A stretch of 62,000 nt of DNA from Vicugna vicugna (lineage: Eukaryota). The notes under the pieces are model-generated. The model was not told the DNA's origin. It worked only from the letters and a program-made list of their open reading frames with translations, and did not search any database. The position numbers and the translations under genes were made by a program. Shown here piece by piece: positions 1-12,529 of this stretch (its first letter is position 1; each line of letters starts with the position of its first letter). The stretch is taken from assembly GCA_013265495.1 (NCBI GenBank), contig MU057944.1, positions 124,001 to 186,000 of the forward strand, read 5' to 3'.

Positions 1-1332
1 GCGCTTGATCTGGGGCAGTTGCTGTGAGGGTCACAGTGGCGGCTGGCTTTGTGATTGTGTTGTTTTCATTATTATCAGCGTGAATCTCACGCCACAACCT
101 TGTGTGCAGGAATCAGGCCCAGCCCCACGAGAGTGGTGGACGGGTCCCTGCACACCTGCCTGGGTCACACGATAATCCAGGAAGGGTCTGTTATGTCTGG
201 AGAATGAGGAAGGGGCCTAGAATCTTCCATCCACCATGGTCTCAGCTGACCTGCTCTTTGTCCAAACCGGCCTGGTCCCCTAGAGGTGGACAGCACTCTT
301 GCCTAAGCCTGGGTGCGTCTTTGGTGACATGAGGGTCCCAGGGCTCCAGGTCCAGACCCACTACTCCTGTGCGGTGCCGACGCATGGCCGTTCCCCTCCT
401 CAGTCCCGCCACCTCCTCGCCATGCTCATGGAGACCCGACACACTCCCCACGATCCGCAGACCCGCAGACTCTCCTTCCAAGGTTTGGGGAATTGTCCAG
501 TCTCCTCTCTTCTAGAACGTTCCACATCATCACCCCTGGAAGCACCGCCTCTTCCACTCCCCTGGACTGATCCCCTCCGTGAGCTTCCTGTCTGGGGAAC
601 TAAAGTCAGAGGGTAAACTCTCCTTTCACACACAAAGCTCCCCGAGGCAAGGGGCCTCAAGGCCTCACCTTCTCTTGGAGGAGGGAAGGGGAGCTGGGGA
701 GAACCGTACACAGAGTCTGGTGTTTTGCAGCAGTGAAATCCATCACGAATTATTACTGCAACAGAGCTGCCGCCATTATTGTTAGCGGGTCTGCGGAGGG
801 GAGGAAGGAACCTGCCGGGCATCTTCTTCTACCCACCTAGTCTGGACCAGAGCTACCACTGGCAGTGACTCTGAGCCCTTACACGGATAGCAGTGTGTGT
901 GCATGTGGGAGGGGGGGGTTGTGTAGCGTGATTCATTCTTGACTTCATTCATTTGCTGAGTGCAGAAGATACGGGAGTCTGATGCACCAGACGTGACTCA
1001 CATGCTCACCCTGGGCTCATCCCCACTTGGAGCTCACAGACCGAGATGAAGGGAAAGAGGGGTGTCGAGGGAAAATGGGGGTGTGTGGCCAGAAGAGTGG
1101 GGGTATGAATACTGCACAGACAACCTGGCAAGGCCATCGCCGGCAGATAAGCACCTCACTTCCCGTGTCAGAAGTTGAATTAGAATGCAAGTCTCTGGAG
1201 GACCGGGCCCTTAAACTGCCCTGCTTTGGGAGGCACTTGGAGCCCAAAGGCCAGACTTCAAGGCTAGCCGCGGTCTCATGCTACTTACGGGACTTCTCTG
1301 GGTTCGTTTCCTTGTCTACAAAATGGGAAATA

Positions 1333-1424
1333 AGGAGGGTGGGTATCGCTCAGTGGCAGAGCACATGCTTAGCATGCGTGAGATCCTGGGTTCCATCCCT
1401 AGTATCTCCTCCGTTAAAAAAAAG
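1333..1424 (+). mobile_element. tRNA-Ala-derived SINE (Vic-1-like, camelid)
   Basis: gggtatcgctcagtggcagagcacatgcttagcatg...gggttccatccctagtatctcc plus A tail; A/B boxes and AGC anticodon. Confidence 0.8.
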
Positions 1425-1464
1425 TAGGGGGAACTAAAAGTTACTTCATGGAGCAGTTACATAG

Positions 1465-1613
1465 TAGCACTGTCCAAAATGGTAACCCCGAGCCCCCGAG
1501 CACTTAAAATATGGCTAGCCTAAGGAATTGAATTTTTAAACTTTATTCAATGTTAATAAATTAAACTTTTATTGTTCACATGGGGCTTGCAGTGGCCGCA
1601 GTGCACAGTGCAG
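1465..1613. mobile_element. MER3-like hAT-Charlie MITE
   Basis: cactgtccaaaatggta...gagcacttaaaatatggctag...aggaattgaatttttaa...cacatggggct matches recalled MER3. Confidence 0.7.
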
Positions 1614-1754
1614 TTATGAGGACTCAGTGAGCTCATGCATGTGAAATTGCCCTGTAAACTGTAAAGTGCAGTGAAGGAATGGTCTTTGCCCTGGACCAGG
1701 CTGGATGCTGTCAGGACCATGCTCATGATTATTGACTGGTCTTAAGGAGGCTCC

Positions 1755-2600
1755 ATGGGAAGCCAGTCGTGAATTCTGAGAGGAGGAGAGGTGGGATCTG
1801 ACATGTGTTTATGGTGTGTTGAAGACAGACGCCAGGGAGGAAGGGCGGAAGCAGGTGACGAATAAGGAAGCTACTGCAGGAAGAGATGCCTCTATCCAGG
1901 CAAGAGAGGATGGTGGGAGGGAGCGGAGACGGGGCAGTGCCAAGTGGGACAGGGTGCTGTGGGACTCAGGGTCTAGTTTCAACGCAGAGCCAGCAGAACT
2001 TACTGGTAGATTGGATGGGGTGGGTAGGAGAAAAAGGAGAACTCAAGGAGGACTCCAGGGATGTGAGCTTGAGTAACTGGAAGGAAAGCGTTACCATTTT
2101 TTGAGCTAGAGAAGACTTCGCAGGAGCAAGTTTAGGGGGTGTGGGGTGGAGGGGACTCAGGAATTCCGTTGGGGGCAGGTTGAATTTGAGGTGCCTGTTA
2201 ATCATCCCTGCGTTTGGGATTCAAGGGCGACGTCAGGGCTGGTCGTATAAATTTGGGAAGCGTCAGCATAGACACAGTGTTTAAACATTTAAATCCATGG
2301 TACCATGCAAGTGAAGATGGATACATAAGAGGAGACGCCTAAGGACCGAGCTCTGGGGCCGACATGTGGAGACCAGAGGGAGGGAGGGGAGCCAACGAAA
2401 GCTATTGAAATGGCAGCAGGTGAGGCAGGAAGAAAACCAGTGGAGAGCGAGGTCCTGAGCTACCGTGTGTCGAGGAAGCGAGAGCGATCACCTGTCAGGC
2501 GCTGCTGAGAGGTCAGGTACGACGGGGGGTGGGGCTGGAAGACCGGCCATTGGGTGTAACGGCGTGAAGGTCATCGGCGACCTTGGACTGTTCAGAGGAA
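1755..2600 (-). mobile_element. L2 LINE fragment
   Basis: Typical antisense L2 text: atccaggcaagagaggatggt, tcaaggaggactccagg, ttgagtaactggaagg, tttgaggtgcctgt. Confidence 0.75.
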
Positions 2601-3361
2601 TGTTGGCATGAGTTGCTAGCTGGCTGACTGGATGGATGGAGGAAAGTTCAACCTAACTGATGCAGCTGCCTGCAGCATCCCTTCACCTGTAACGGCAATT
2701 AAGCAGATGTTGTCTGACACCCTGGATGCCAGAACCCAAACTGTCAGGACTCATCCCCGTCTCCAGTCTCCCAACTTTTTGGATCCAGCCCAGAAAAGTT
2801 GGTGTGACCCTCCCCGCTCGCTATAAGATTAGAATCTTGGCATCTTCTGCTTTGATGATTCTTCTTTTGATGATCTATAATGCTCTCGGTCAAATTTTTC
2901 CTCTTTTGAGGCTTGAGAAGGGAAAGAAAGGGACGAAAACAGGAGAAAATGCTAGGTCTGGCATTCTGGTTCGTACTTGCATTTCCCAAACTGTTGCTTT
3001 GCCAAATTTCCCCACCTTTCGGGGAGAGGGGATCTGCAGAGCCTTCTACCTCTGTAAGCAGGGGTCCCTGGTGATTCTCCTTCACTTTATGGCCAAGTGA
3101 GAAAAGGTTTGAGATATGCGTCTAAATTGTAGTTGGAGACTTAGAGATTTTATGTGAAGTGTTACCTTTCTTTGCATTTATTTGGTTGTCATCATCCACT
3201 GGACAAGCGTGGAGGTAGGAGTTCAATCAGCCTGTCTGACATTATCCTTAGGTTTTTTTTTTTTTTAATGAAAAGGCCTATTTTCCATGAAGCATTCTCT
3301 CCCCTCTACTAATGAAAATCAGATACCTTGGAGGCATGAGGCTCAGACCAGGCTTTCTACC

Positions 3362-3563
3362 CAGAGTGTACTGGAGTCAACAGTTCCAGGCTTGTGAAGG
3401 TCAAGGGTTAACTTCTCAGCAATATTGTGAGCCTCACATTGACAGCTTGAAACTGACAATGGTGAGAGCATTTACACCAAGGCAACTGGCAACCACAACA
3501 CATCAGGGCTCCTCCCCATCTCCAGGACTGGTGGTTAATTAAGCCTCTACCAGCCCTCCACTG
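3362..3563. mobile_element. MER63-like hAT-Blackjack element
   Basis: atggtgagagcatttacacca...atcagggct...taccagccctccactg terminus. Confidence 0.6.
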
Positions 3564-4246
3564 CCTGTGGTCCTCAGCACTAGGACAGAGATCCTCTGGG
3601 ATCTGTCTGAAGTGTAGTCTCAGGAAGTTCCTGATTTCCTGGGAGGGAAGAGCTTTCAGCCCAGGTCTGACTGCCACACAGGTGCACAGGAAGATATGTT
3701 GCCCACAGACTCTAGCAGTTGACGACCCCTGCTTAATCTCTGCAGGGTGACAGTGTGATGGGTGAGGATGGTGTAATTCCTGGGAATGGGGAGAGTAAAA
3801 GCAGTTGTTTGTCTGACAAGAGGAGGGAGAAGGAAACCGAGGAGGACTGTGATCTTTACAGATGTTCGGCTACCTTATGAGGGCATCTCATAGACTAGCC
3901 GCAAAATCAGGAAACTAGAGATGAGAAGATGTCTTTATCAGTTTCCTGCCCCCAGTCTGATCTGCACAATCCCTGCCTCTGTTGTCACCTGTCCCATTTC
4001 TGACCTTGCAGTAGCTGTGTCTATTACATGCACAGATGCAGCCAACAACCAGGACGGCGTTGGTGATAGTGGCTGCTGGGGGCTCATTATAATGTAAGCT
4101 GGGGAGGGAGCCCTAGGTGGATGACTAAACATGGTCTTGGCAACAGAGCAAAGAACAGATATTTGGGAGGACACACCTTAGGTGTGCAGGTAGGAGCCAG
4201 GACTCCTGACCATCACTTCTGTGCAGCTCTTTGCAGGGAAAGCAGA

Positions 4247-4490
4247 CGTGGTGTTATGTAGTCGTTAATGAATGGTATCTGAACTAGGTTGTCTGGGTTC
4301 AAGTCTTGTTCTGCCACTTACTCACTCTGTGACCTTGAGCACGTTTCTTACCCTCCCTGTAGACCTTAGTCTGCCCATCCATAAAATGGGATGATGAGGA
4401 TGAGGATAGTACCAAAAAAAAATCATGTGTTTGTGAGGATTAATGGGTAATCTACATAAAACATAGGGCTTAATAAATGCCAGCTGTTAA
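4247..4490 (+). mobile_element. MIR SINE
   Basis: ctgggttcaagtcttgttctgccacttac...tgtgaccttgagc...ataaaatgggatgatg. Confidence 0.75.
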
Positions 4491-4631
4491 CATCCTCTGG
4501 CAGGCCTTTTTAAAGATAAGCACATCTGGATTTAGAAAAGCCCCGTTTACTACCTAGGATACAGCAAAGCCACTCACACTGAAATAACAACTAAAGAAAA
4601 CTGAAAGGTCTTTGGGCAAGTAGAAACCAAC

Positions 4632-4790
4632 TTGTATTAGTCAAACATCCTTGAGTTTCTGGTGAGAGAAACTCAACCCAAACTATTTTAAGCCAAAAAA
4701 AAAAAAAGTGCAACAGCTATGGTGCAGATAATTGCAAATACCAAGGTGGGTCCTTCAGGCATGGCTGCATCCAGGGGCTTAAGTTGTGTC
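4632..4790 (-). mobile_element. MLT1 (MaLR) LTR fragment, K/L-like
   Basis: tgtattagtca...agaaactcaacccaaact...ttcaggcatggctgcatccagggg. Confidence 0.6.
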
Positions 4791-4954
4791 ACCTAGACTT
4801 TCTTAGACTCTCCTCCCCACCATCGGTCTTGATAGATCTGAGTCATGGACCAATCCCTGGACTGAAAGACAAGCAGATGGGGTCAGTTCTGCCCACCCCA
4901 GCCAATGTGAGGGGGAAGGGATGTGGAACAAACACCCAGCACAGGTTCACCACA

Positions 4955-5190
4955 AGTTCATGGTTAGGGGAAGGGCTCTGAGGGCCTCAGACAGGTGGGG
5001 TCCAAATCCTGGCCGCACTGTTTGCCGGCGAGGTCACCTAGGACAAGGCTATGTCTCCTCTCTGTGCTTCAGTTTCTTCATCTGTGACACGTGGCTAATA
5101 ACAGCAGGCATTTCACGAGACTGCTGGGGACAAAACAGGTTAACAAGGGTAACCTTTTAAAACATTCATGGCACTTCAGAAATAAGCAAT
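4955..5190 (+). mobile_element. MIR SINE
   Basis: ctctctgtgcttcagtttcttcatctgtga core. Confidence 0.7.
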
Positions 5191-5359
5191 CCATAGACGC
5201 TGTTGTTGTAATCTGACATTTGCGGTTAACGTGAATATCCTATACATACTTTCGTTCATTCAACAAATATTTCGGTGTCTGGTATATGCCAAGCCCCAGG
5301 TGTGTTGATAGACCCTAAGGCCTGTTGGAAGAGGTAAGACATTAAACAAGTGGTTACAA

Positions 5360-5470
5360 GGCGGGTAATAGCTCAGTGGTAGAGCGCGTGCTTAGCATGC
5401 ACGAGGTCCTGGGTTCAATCCCCAGGACCACCATTAAAAACAAGCCAAAGGAGGACAAAAATAGCTAAAT
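5360..5470 (+). mobile_element. tRNA-Ala(AGC)-derived SINE (Vic-1-like) inserted in an L2 3' fragment
   Basis: tagctcagtggtagagcgcgtgcttagcatgcacgaggtcctgggttcaatcccc, A-rich tail, and degenerate TSD (aaacaagtggttaca / aaactgatgattaca). Confidence 0.8.
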
Positions 5471-5752
5471 AAACTGATGATTACACAATACCGAGGGGGA
5501 GCGGTGGATTTCCTGTATGAAGAGCAGAGACAAGAAGGCTGCATTTAAAGTCAGATGAACCTACAGACGTGGTTTCCAACTCCAGCTCTGCCGCAGATCA
5601 GCTGTGCGACCCAGGACAAATCATTTGTTCTCTTCGGTCCCAACTTTCTTCTCTCGAGAATGGAATGACAATTGCTGGTGGATTCTGATCCCAACTGCCC
5701 GCCATCTCAGGGCCTTTATCACCCCCCAGACCCGGGCTCATGGGACCCAGAC

Positions 5753-5950
5753 CAGGGTTTCTCAGCCTTGGCCCGGTGGACATTTTGGAGCTGGATGATT
5801 CCCTGCTGTAGGGGCCATCCTGTGCACTTGAAATATGGCACCCCGTCCCCTACCGTCATGATATCCCCAGTCATGACAACCAAAACTCCAGACATTGCCA
5901 CGTGTCCCTTGGGAGCAAAATCCACACCCGCCCCCATCCCCACTTGAGAA
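5753..5950. mobile_element. MER20 hAT-Charlie element
   Basis: cagggtttctcagccttgg...gacattttgg...tgacaaccaaaactccagacattgcca...ttgagaa. Confidence 0.8.
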
Positions 5951-6589
5951 GAATTCCTCTGATTAACTATTTGGTCTGGGGCATCCTTCCCCAGAACTCA
6001 GTTTCCCCATCTGTCAAGTTAATGGCTTGGCCCAGAAGATGGATAACCATAGGCCTCCCCAGAGCAGTATTCGCCAACTCCAGATTTGTGGTGAAATCCA
6101 GCCAAGTTCCACCGGCAGGCGGGGACAAGGAAAAAAAGGCCACTGGCACTTCGGCTGGACGGAGATGAAGTTCTCCAGATGTTCACATGGACGCTTCTTC
6201 TGCAGCCCCTTCTCTTGCTCTGGGCCCTCATGGCCAAGTTTCCTGTTGGCCGCCATGTTTGCCCAGGTACTAGGGGAAGGAGAGACACCTTTCCCTCCCT
6301 CATCCACCTGAAAATCGGAGAGTCAGTGGAATATTAATGAACCTATTGGCAAGTTCCTGGTTGGTACTGAGCTGGTTCCTGGCACCTGAAATGGCCTCAT
6401 CTCCCCCATGTGGCCTCCAAGCCCTGACTCCATCTTGCTGAAGGACTTTGTCTTGGTTTTCTTGAAGGTTCCTCTTCTTGCAGCTCAACTTTGCTAAGAA
6501 AATAAAGAGCCCTTTCCTCTCCTTTTAAATCCCCGCGTGTTTCTGCCAAGAGCTGAAGGACCTGCCGGAGGCCTGACATTGCACTCGGC

Positions 6590-6800
6590 ACTTGACCTCT
6601 GGAGTCAGGTCTTGGTTCAAATCCCAACTGGATCAGTACTTGGCCGGTAACCTCAGGGCTGGTCACTGGTTCTCAGGGCCTCAATTTTCCCATCAACTTA
6701 ACAAATAATGGGGTAGAGACCCCATTCTTGTGGGGCTGTTGTTAGAATTCAATAAATTAATGTATGTAAAGCATTTAGCATACTTGCTAACATGTGATTT
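6590..6800 (+). mobile_element. MIR SINE
   Basis: tctggagtcagg...ggttcaaatccc...tgtatgtaaagcatttagcat. Confidence 0.65.
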
Positions 6801-7289
6801 ACTAATGATTATGTACCTTGTGAATAAGAAGTCCAGTGAGATTATTTACATGCAGTGCTTGGTAAATTGTTCAGGGCTACATACGAGTGTAAGTAATACT
6901 AAGATGTTATCAACATTAGAAACATCACCTTGCCAGCTTTCCACAGGGAATACAGCCAGGCATGAACTGTCGGTATCACCGTCCTTCAGCATCAGACGGG
7001 ACTTACTCCGGCTTCAGGGGCAGAAAGAGCCTGGGTCTCTGACTGGAGCACTCATTCAGGAAGGGGACTCCTTGGCTCAGGTTGACTCCAAGGCCCGCTC
7101 TGAAAAATCCACACCATGAAACTGTGCCCTAGAACCAGCCCTGTGAAGCTCAGCGGGGCTCCAGAATGGATGGTTGGAATGCGGTTTGATGAGTGCGGAC
7201 CCTCCCGCATGGCGTGGACGTGTCTAAGACGCAGTTGGGCTCAATCGTGTCGTCACAGCACAGCGACCACCAGGGAACGGGCCCCGAGT

Positions 7290-7445
7290 GCGAGCCGCCA
7301 CGTTCGTCTAAGTACATTGCGTGCATTATCTCGTGAATCCTCATGACAACTTACTAATCCCTGGTTGAAAATGAGGAAAAGAAGGCTCAGGAAGATTAAA
7401 TCACATGACCGGAATTGCAGAGCGAGTAGCCGTGGAGCTGAGCTT
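7290..7445 (-). mobile_element. MIR SINE
   Basis: aatcctcatgacaac...atgaggaaaagaaggctcag. Confidence 0.55.
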
Positions 7446-7619
7446 CCTCCCCGGGCTCCTCAGACACCTGACCCCTGCGGGCAGCTGCACGGACGGAGGC
7501 CAATGTGTCTGAACCTGCTTTGGAATAAGGCTGTGTCATGCGCTTAGGGGAGGTCAGGGAGTCAGGGGAGGGAGGGGTGACAGGACAAAAGTGAGGTGCC
7601 CCTGAAAATCCTGAGCTGA

Positions 7620-7830
7620 TCATAATGACAGTTGCAGTAGCAGCTGTCCCGGACACGTGCCAAATGTTTTATGTACGTTTCCCCGCTTAGTGCTCGCAGC
7701 AAGCTGCCGAGGCAGATGCCCATTCGGCAGATGAGAAAGCTGGAGTCGGTGGGGGCTCATGGCTTGCCCCGGGAATTGTTTGGAATGATTGGTGGAGCTA
7801 GGATTTGAACCCAGGCAATCTGGCTCTAGA
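7620..7830 (-). mobile_element. MIR SINE
   Basis: cagatgagaaagctgg...ggatttgaacccaggcaatctggctctagag. Confidence 0.65.
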
Positions 7831-7844
7831 GCTGCTCTGAGTTC

Positions 7845-8290
7845 CCACGGCCGCCTGACAAACTACCCCAAACTTAGTGCTGTAAAATGCTAATAATCGC
7901 ATTATGCTGGTGAGTTTTGTGGGTCAGGGAATTGAACAGGGCTAGGGGGGCTGGTTTCTGCCCCACGATGTCTGGGGCCATGGCTGGGAACTGGGCCTGC
8001 TGGGCGGTCAGAGGGTCCACTTCTGAGACGGCATCTTCACTCGTTTAAAGAAGTGGGCCGGTTTGACTCCACGGCTGGACTCGGCCGTGACTGTGGATCA
8101 GAGCACCTGCATGGGGTCTCGCCGTGTCCCCTGGGCTTCTCAGAGCACGGCAGCGGGATTCCAAGAGGGAGCTGTCTAGGAGAACCACTGGGAAGCTGCA
8201 GACCTAACCTTAGAAGTCATGGGCTTCACGTTGTCTGTACTTTTCCGGTCAGAGCAGTCGCAAGCCGGCCACAAGGGGATGGGACATGAC
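7845..8290 (-). mobile_element. MLT1 (MaLR) LTR, H/G-like
   Basis: aaactaccccaaacttagtg...tttgtgggtcagggaattg...ctgccccacgatgtctgggg. Confidence 0.65.
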
Positions 8291-9009
8291 TTACCCGGGG
8301 CCTCAGGCTAGTGCTGGGATTGAGAGGACAGAGAGCCAACCCCCTGCCCTCCAGGAGCTCCCAGCAGAGCGCGGGGAAAACGATGGAGTGGAGAAAGAAG
8401 CCCAGTCCAGCATGACCCGTGCTCCCGAGGCCTCTGTGAGTGCTGTGGGCACGGAGCTCTTTCCTGGAGCATGTGGCGACTGCATTCACAGCCTAATTGC
8501 TCCGCCCCATTAGCCAGCGATGCTGGATTCTTGGAGTTACTCACGACGGGTTTAAACCAACATTCCCAAGAATGAATTGTCCTGTGATAAGTAGGGTATT
8601 TCCAGTTCTACCAGAAAAGCCAGCAGAGTGACTGGTCCCCTAGCTTCCTCCCCACCCCCGGCCACTTCCCAACCCTTGTCACAACGGTCAGCGCAGAAAC
8701 AGAAGGCAGAAACTACCACTGGCATGTGCAACTCTGGCCCCAGGAGGCAGAACCCTTTTTTCAAGGCCACGAGGATCATTTGAGGCCTTTGCGGCACAAG
8801 AAGGGCTGGAGGCCAGTCAACCAGCCTTTCGCCACCAAGACCATGGCACAGTTCACGCCTGGCCTTGGTCTTCCATTGTTCGTTTATTCCTTGCTTCCCG
8901 CCAGTACTTAGGCTTGTCCTAAACTCTGGTGATACGGGCAGAGCAGAGCTGTCCCTGCCCAAGGAGCTAATGGCCTTGTGGTTTGGAACAATTTCAGGGC
9001 ACTGCATGG

Positions 9010-9180
9010 CGGGCTCAGGGTCTGGAGTCAGGTCACCTGGGTTTGAGTTCTGCTCTGCCGAGTGCCAGCCGGAAGACCTCACATGATTCATTTCACCTCT
9101 TTCTTCCTCCCTCCAAATTTGTTTCTTCATCAATGTCTGGGGATAATAATAGCATCTTATGTGTACGGTTGTCTCAGTGA
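9010..9180 (+). mobile_element. MIR SINE
   Basis: tctggagtcaggtcacctgggtttgag...ggggataataatagcatct. Confidence 0.6.
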
Positions 9181-9939
9181 GCCTTGGGTTTGCAAATGCA
9201 GCTGCTGGTAGTGACGATGCTGGCGGCCCCTCCCCCTCCCTCTAGACTTATTATAAACTCCTCCAGGGCAGACACTGTTTTCTGCTCCTCCTGTGTGTCT
9301 CTGAGGCTCTCCTTTGAGCTGCCCTTGGCGCTGGCACTCTATAAATACTTACTGAGTCATTAGGGCTGAACCTCAAATTTTGCTGTGACTCTGAAGGTCA
9401 TTTTGAATAGTCATGGCTAGAGCATATTTAGCAAAACTTCAACTTCTTCTAGAGAAAAAAACAAACAGCAAAAAAAGCCCAGTTGAAATCTCTGCAAGGT
9501 AGCTTGGTGAGCCATTCCTGAATTTCAATTAAAACTTTTCTCCCTCGTATTAACCTCTTACCTGGACAAGTTGAATCTCTCTAAGCTTTGGTTACCTTGT
9601 CAGTAGGAAGGAAACTGGCCTGTTTGGGAGGCTTTCGGGATGTGAAATGAGGCAGGGACAGCAGGCGTGGGGGCGGGCACACAGTTGGTTTTGATAAACG
9701 CGGGTCTAGACCTACTATTTCCACCAGTCCAGAGCTCTGGACATCGGAAAAGAAGAGATTGTGCCAAGGGGAACACCAGCTCTGAGGGGCCGGGGTGATG
9801 AGGAAGCACCATGTGGAGTCCCACTTCTTGGAGCACCATCGCTCAAAACCTTGCTCTTCATCTCCCTGCACCCAGGAGGGCCAGTCAGAATGATTGCAAA
9901 AATAAAAGCAATTATAGAACATTTAAAAAAAAATTTAAT

Positions 9940-10130
9940 TGGCATGTATTGAGTAACTGCTAACTTCCAGAGGCTTCTCCAGACTTCTCTGAGAACTTTC
10001 CATGGACTATTTCACTTCCGTCTGGTAACGACCCTGTGAGGTAGGGGCTGCTATCAGCCCCTTCTGCAGATGAGGAAACTGAGACCATTCAGGGACTAGG
10101 CGGGGAGCTAGAATTCACACCCAGACATTT
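9940..10130 (-). mobile_element. MIR SINE
   Basis: ccctgtgaggtagg...cagatgaggaaactgag. Confidence 0.65.
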
Positions 10131-11056
10131 TTGTCCAAAGCTGCTCCTGAGCCATTGTTGACGACGCCAGCAGTGGTCCTTAAGCTCTTTGGTTGGCGGG
10201 CACAGGTCTCCTTAGGACGCGGATGGAAGAGACGACCCCTCCCCCAGGAAGGTGAGCACAGCGCATGGCTGTGCCGGAGCATCTTTCCCAGAGTGAGGCT
10301 GTGAGACACGTATGTATACCCACCATCTTTACCCCCAGGGTAGAACTTGGCATAACTTAAAAGAATATAATTCTTTGTATCCATACACACAGTCGGATAC
10401 AGTCTCAAGGGGGTCGCCACCCTCCCGAGGTTGCTCATCCCCCGCACTTGCACACAGACAAGAATCCCAGTTAAGAGTCACAAAATGACTTCCTGACTCG
10501 AGACGGTTAGGGGTCCTGTTGAACTCTGAGCTAGCGTTCTGAAATTAGCGTGCCACTGACTTGCAAGCAACCTACTTGGAAATCACTTGCTTTCTTTAAG
10601 TCGTTCATAACCACCGCCACCCCCCAACCTTGCTGTTTTATCCTTTAGCTCCCCAGCCCCCACCTGCGCTGCGGAGGAGAGCAGCAGTCAGGAAGGAGTT
10701 GGCTGCCGGCGTTGAAGATCCCTGGTTGCCTTCTGTGCACACACACCTGTGGAGGGAGACGTTATTCTCCCCATTTCTCAGATGAAACACTGAGCCTGAA
10801 AGAGATGCTATCGCTCTCCCAGGGTTTCACAGCCTGTAAATAAAGCCCGTAGTGCCTCCAACACCATCACAACATGCCTTTCTACCGTGCCGCTGTACTG
10901 GAGAGTCAAAGTGGCACTTAATACCGTGCGTGTAACCGAAGTATGGGCTGTGTGGCTTTGCTCTGAGTATAGATACTGTGAAGTTCTCCAAACTGGGGCG
11001 ATTGTCGCTGGAGTCCTAGGAACCCAGGGCTGAGTGCATGTTTGCAGGCCTTTTAG

Positions 11057-11220
11057 AGCAGCGCTTCTGAACTTGATGGGCAGGGCAAGCACCTGGGGCT
11101 CTTGCGAAACCGCAACATTCGATTCAGGAGCTGCGGAGTGGCGCCTGAGAGCCTGCATTTCTAGCAAGTTCCAAACGAGGCCCGTGCTGCTGGTGCAGAG
11201 ACCACACTGTGCGTAGCCAG
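11057..11220. mobile_element. MER5A hAT-Charlie MITE
   Basis: ctgagagcctgcatttctagcaagttcc...gctgctggt...gaccacact. Confidence 0.7.
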
Positions 11221-11979
11221 AGGCGAGACCACCCGCTCGCCTTTCCCCAAGGTTTTCATAACTAAGCAGGAAGCGTTGTTATCTGAGAGCTTCCAGAGGA
11301 GAAGTGTGTTTCTCAAAGGGAGCAGCAGTGGTGGAAGAGGTCGGCCGACGGGGTCGGGGCAGAGCGGACCCGGCGACCCAGCCGCCTGCTAAGACCCAGC
11401 TGCATCTAACACGCGATGTAAAGCTGTGCTCGCTGCCGAGGGATGCGCCAGGGAGAGGAGGAGGTTACCGTCCCCGGGAAAGTGCCCGGGAGGGAGCTAT
11501 TATCTACTGGTATCGAGTCTTCGAGTCTTGGCCAGAAAAACATTTTAACAAGAAATCAAGAATCAACAAAAATAACATTACCTCCAGGTTCTCCTTCATT
11601 AACCTGGAAACGAGGAGACAATCGCTGCTTTCTGGCTTGTGTGAACCCAGGAGTCCAGCCTGGCGAGGGCCGCCCGATCCTCCCCTCCCACTGCCCACCT
11701 CTTCCAGCCAAGCTGGCTTCCTTCCAGGGTCTCCAAAGCTCCCAGCGTCTTCTGCCTTCAGACCTTTGCCCCTGCTGAGCTGATTCCCGAGAACGCTCTT
11801 CCCCCTTCTCTCCGTCTGCGTGACTCCCACCATCTTCTGGGGTCCCCCTTAAACGTCCCCACTTCCCTAGACACGTATTCTGAGCCCCCCAATCTGGTCA
11901 GGTCCCCCGAAGACTCGGCCACTGCATCCTTTATTTTCCTTCAGAGCATTCATCAAAAAGCTAATCTGGCTTCTACCTA

Positions 11980-12077
11980 CCGGATGCCAGGAGCTAGTCC
12001 CCTAGTCATGACAATAAAGTCGCCACGTTCCCAAATGCCATCTAGGGGACAAACTTGTCCTCAGGTGAGAACCACAA
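11980..12077. mobile_element. MER20 fragment
   Basis: gatgccag...agtcatgacaa...ggggacaaacttgtcctcaggtgagaaccac. Confidence 0.55.
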
Positions 12078-12082
12078 TCATA

Positions 12083-12398
12083 CAGTCAGCCCTCTGTATC
12101 TGCGGGCTCGGCCTTCACAGATCCCGCCAGCAGAGAACCCAGAATACTCGGGGAAAAAATCCCCAGGAAATTCCAAAAAACAAAACTTGAATTTGCCACT
12201 GCTGACAGAGATTTCCAGAGGATTTACATTATATTAGGCATTATAAGTAATCTACAGATGATTTAAAGTATATGGGAGGATATGAGTAGGTTATTTGTAA
12301 ATATTGTTCCATTTCATATGGGGGACTTGAGTGTCTGTGGGTTTTGGTACCCTTGGGGGTCCTGGAACTAATCTCCCTCAGATACTGAGGGACAGCTG
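12083..12398. mobile_element. MER2-like TcMar-Tigger MITE
   Basis: Inverted termini cagtcagccctctgtatctg / cagatactgagggacagctg, flanked by TA on both sides; internal ataagtaatctacagatgatttaaagtata. Confidence 0.85.
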
Positions 12399-12525
12399 TA
12401 TACAAACACGTATGTACACACACAGAGACACACATGTACACATAGGCACACTTACATACACACACGTAAAGATACCTATGTTTAAATATTCAGATACGTA
12501 TGTACACTTACATATGCGTACTTAG
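12399..12525. repeat. Degenerate (CA/TA)n low-complexity tract
   Basis: tatacaaacacgtatgtacacacacagagacacacatgtacaca... Confidence 0.7.
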
Positions 12526-12529
12526 ATGT

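Larger units (their letters stand above)
1240..1670 (+). mobile_element. MIR SINE split by a younger SINE and a MER3
   Basis: MIR core (cttctctgggttcgtttccttgtctacaaaatggg) before 1333; it resumes with ttatgaggactcagtgag...tgtaaagtgc after 1613. Confidence 0.55.

Noticed and set aside
5362..5433. Possible functional tRNA-Ala gene
   Set aside because: Acceptor stem does not pair; A-rich tail and TSD-like flanks; two other copies of the same SINE lie in the window
8552..9133. 193-aa minus-strand ORF
   Set aside because: Begins inside a MIR; no recognisable homology
11582..11603. 22-nt minus-strand micro-exon pattern (tttccag|...|gtaatg)
   Set aside because: Not a multiple of 3, no partner exons or antisense gene evident; such motifs occur by chance
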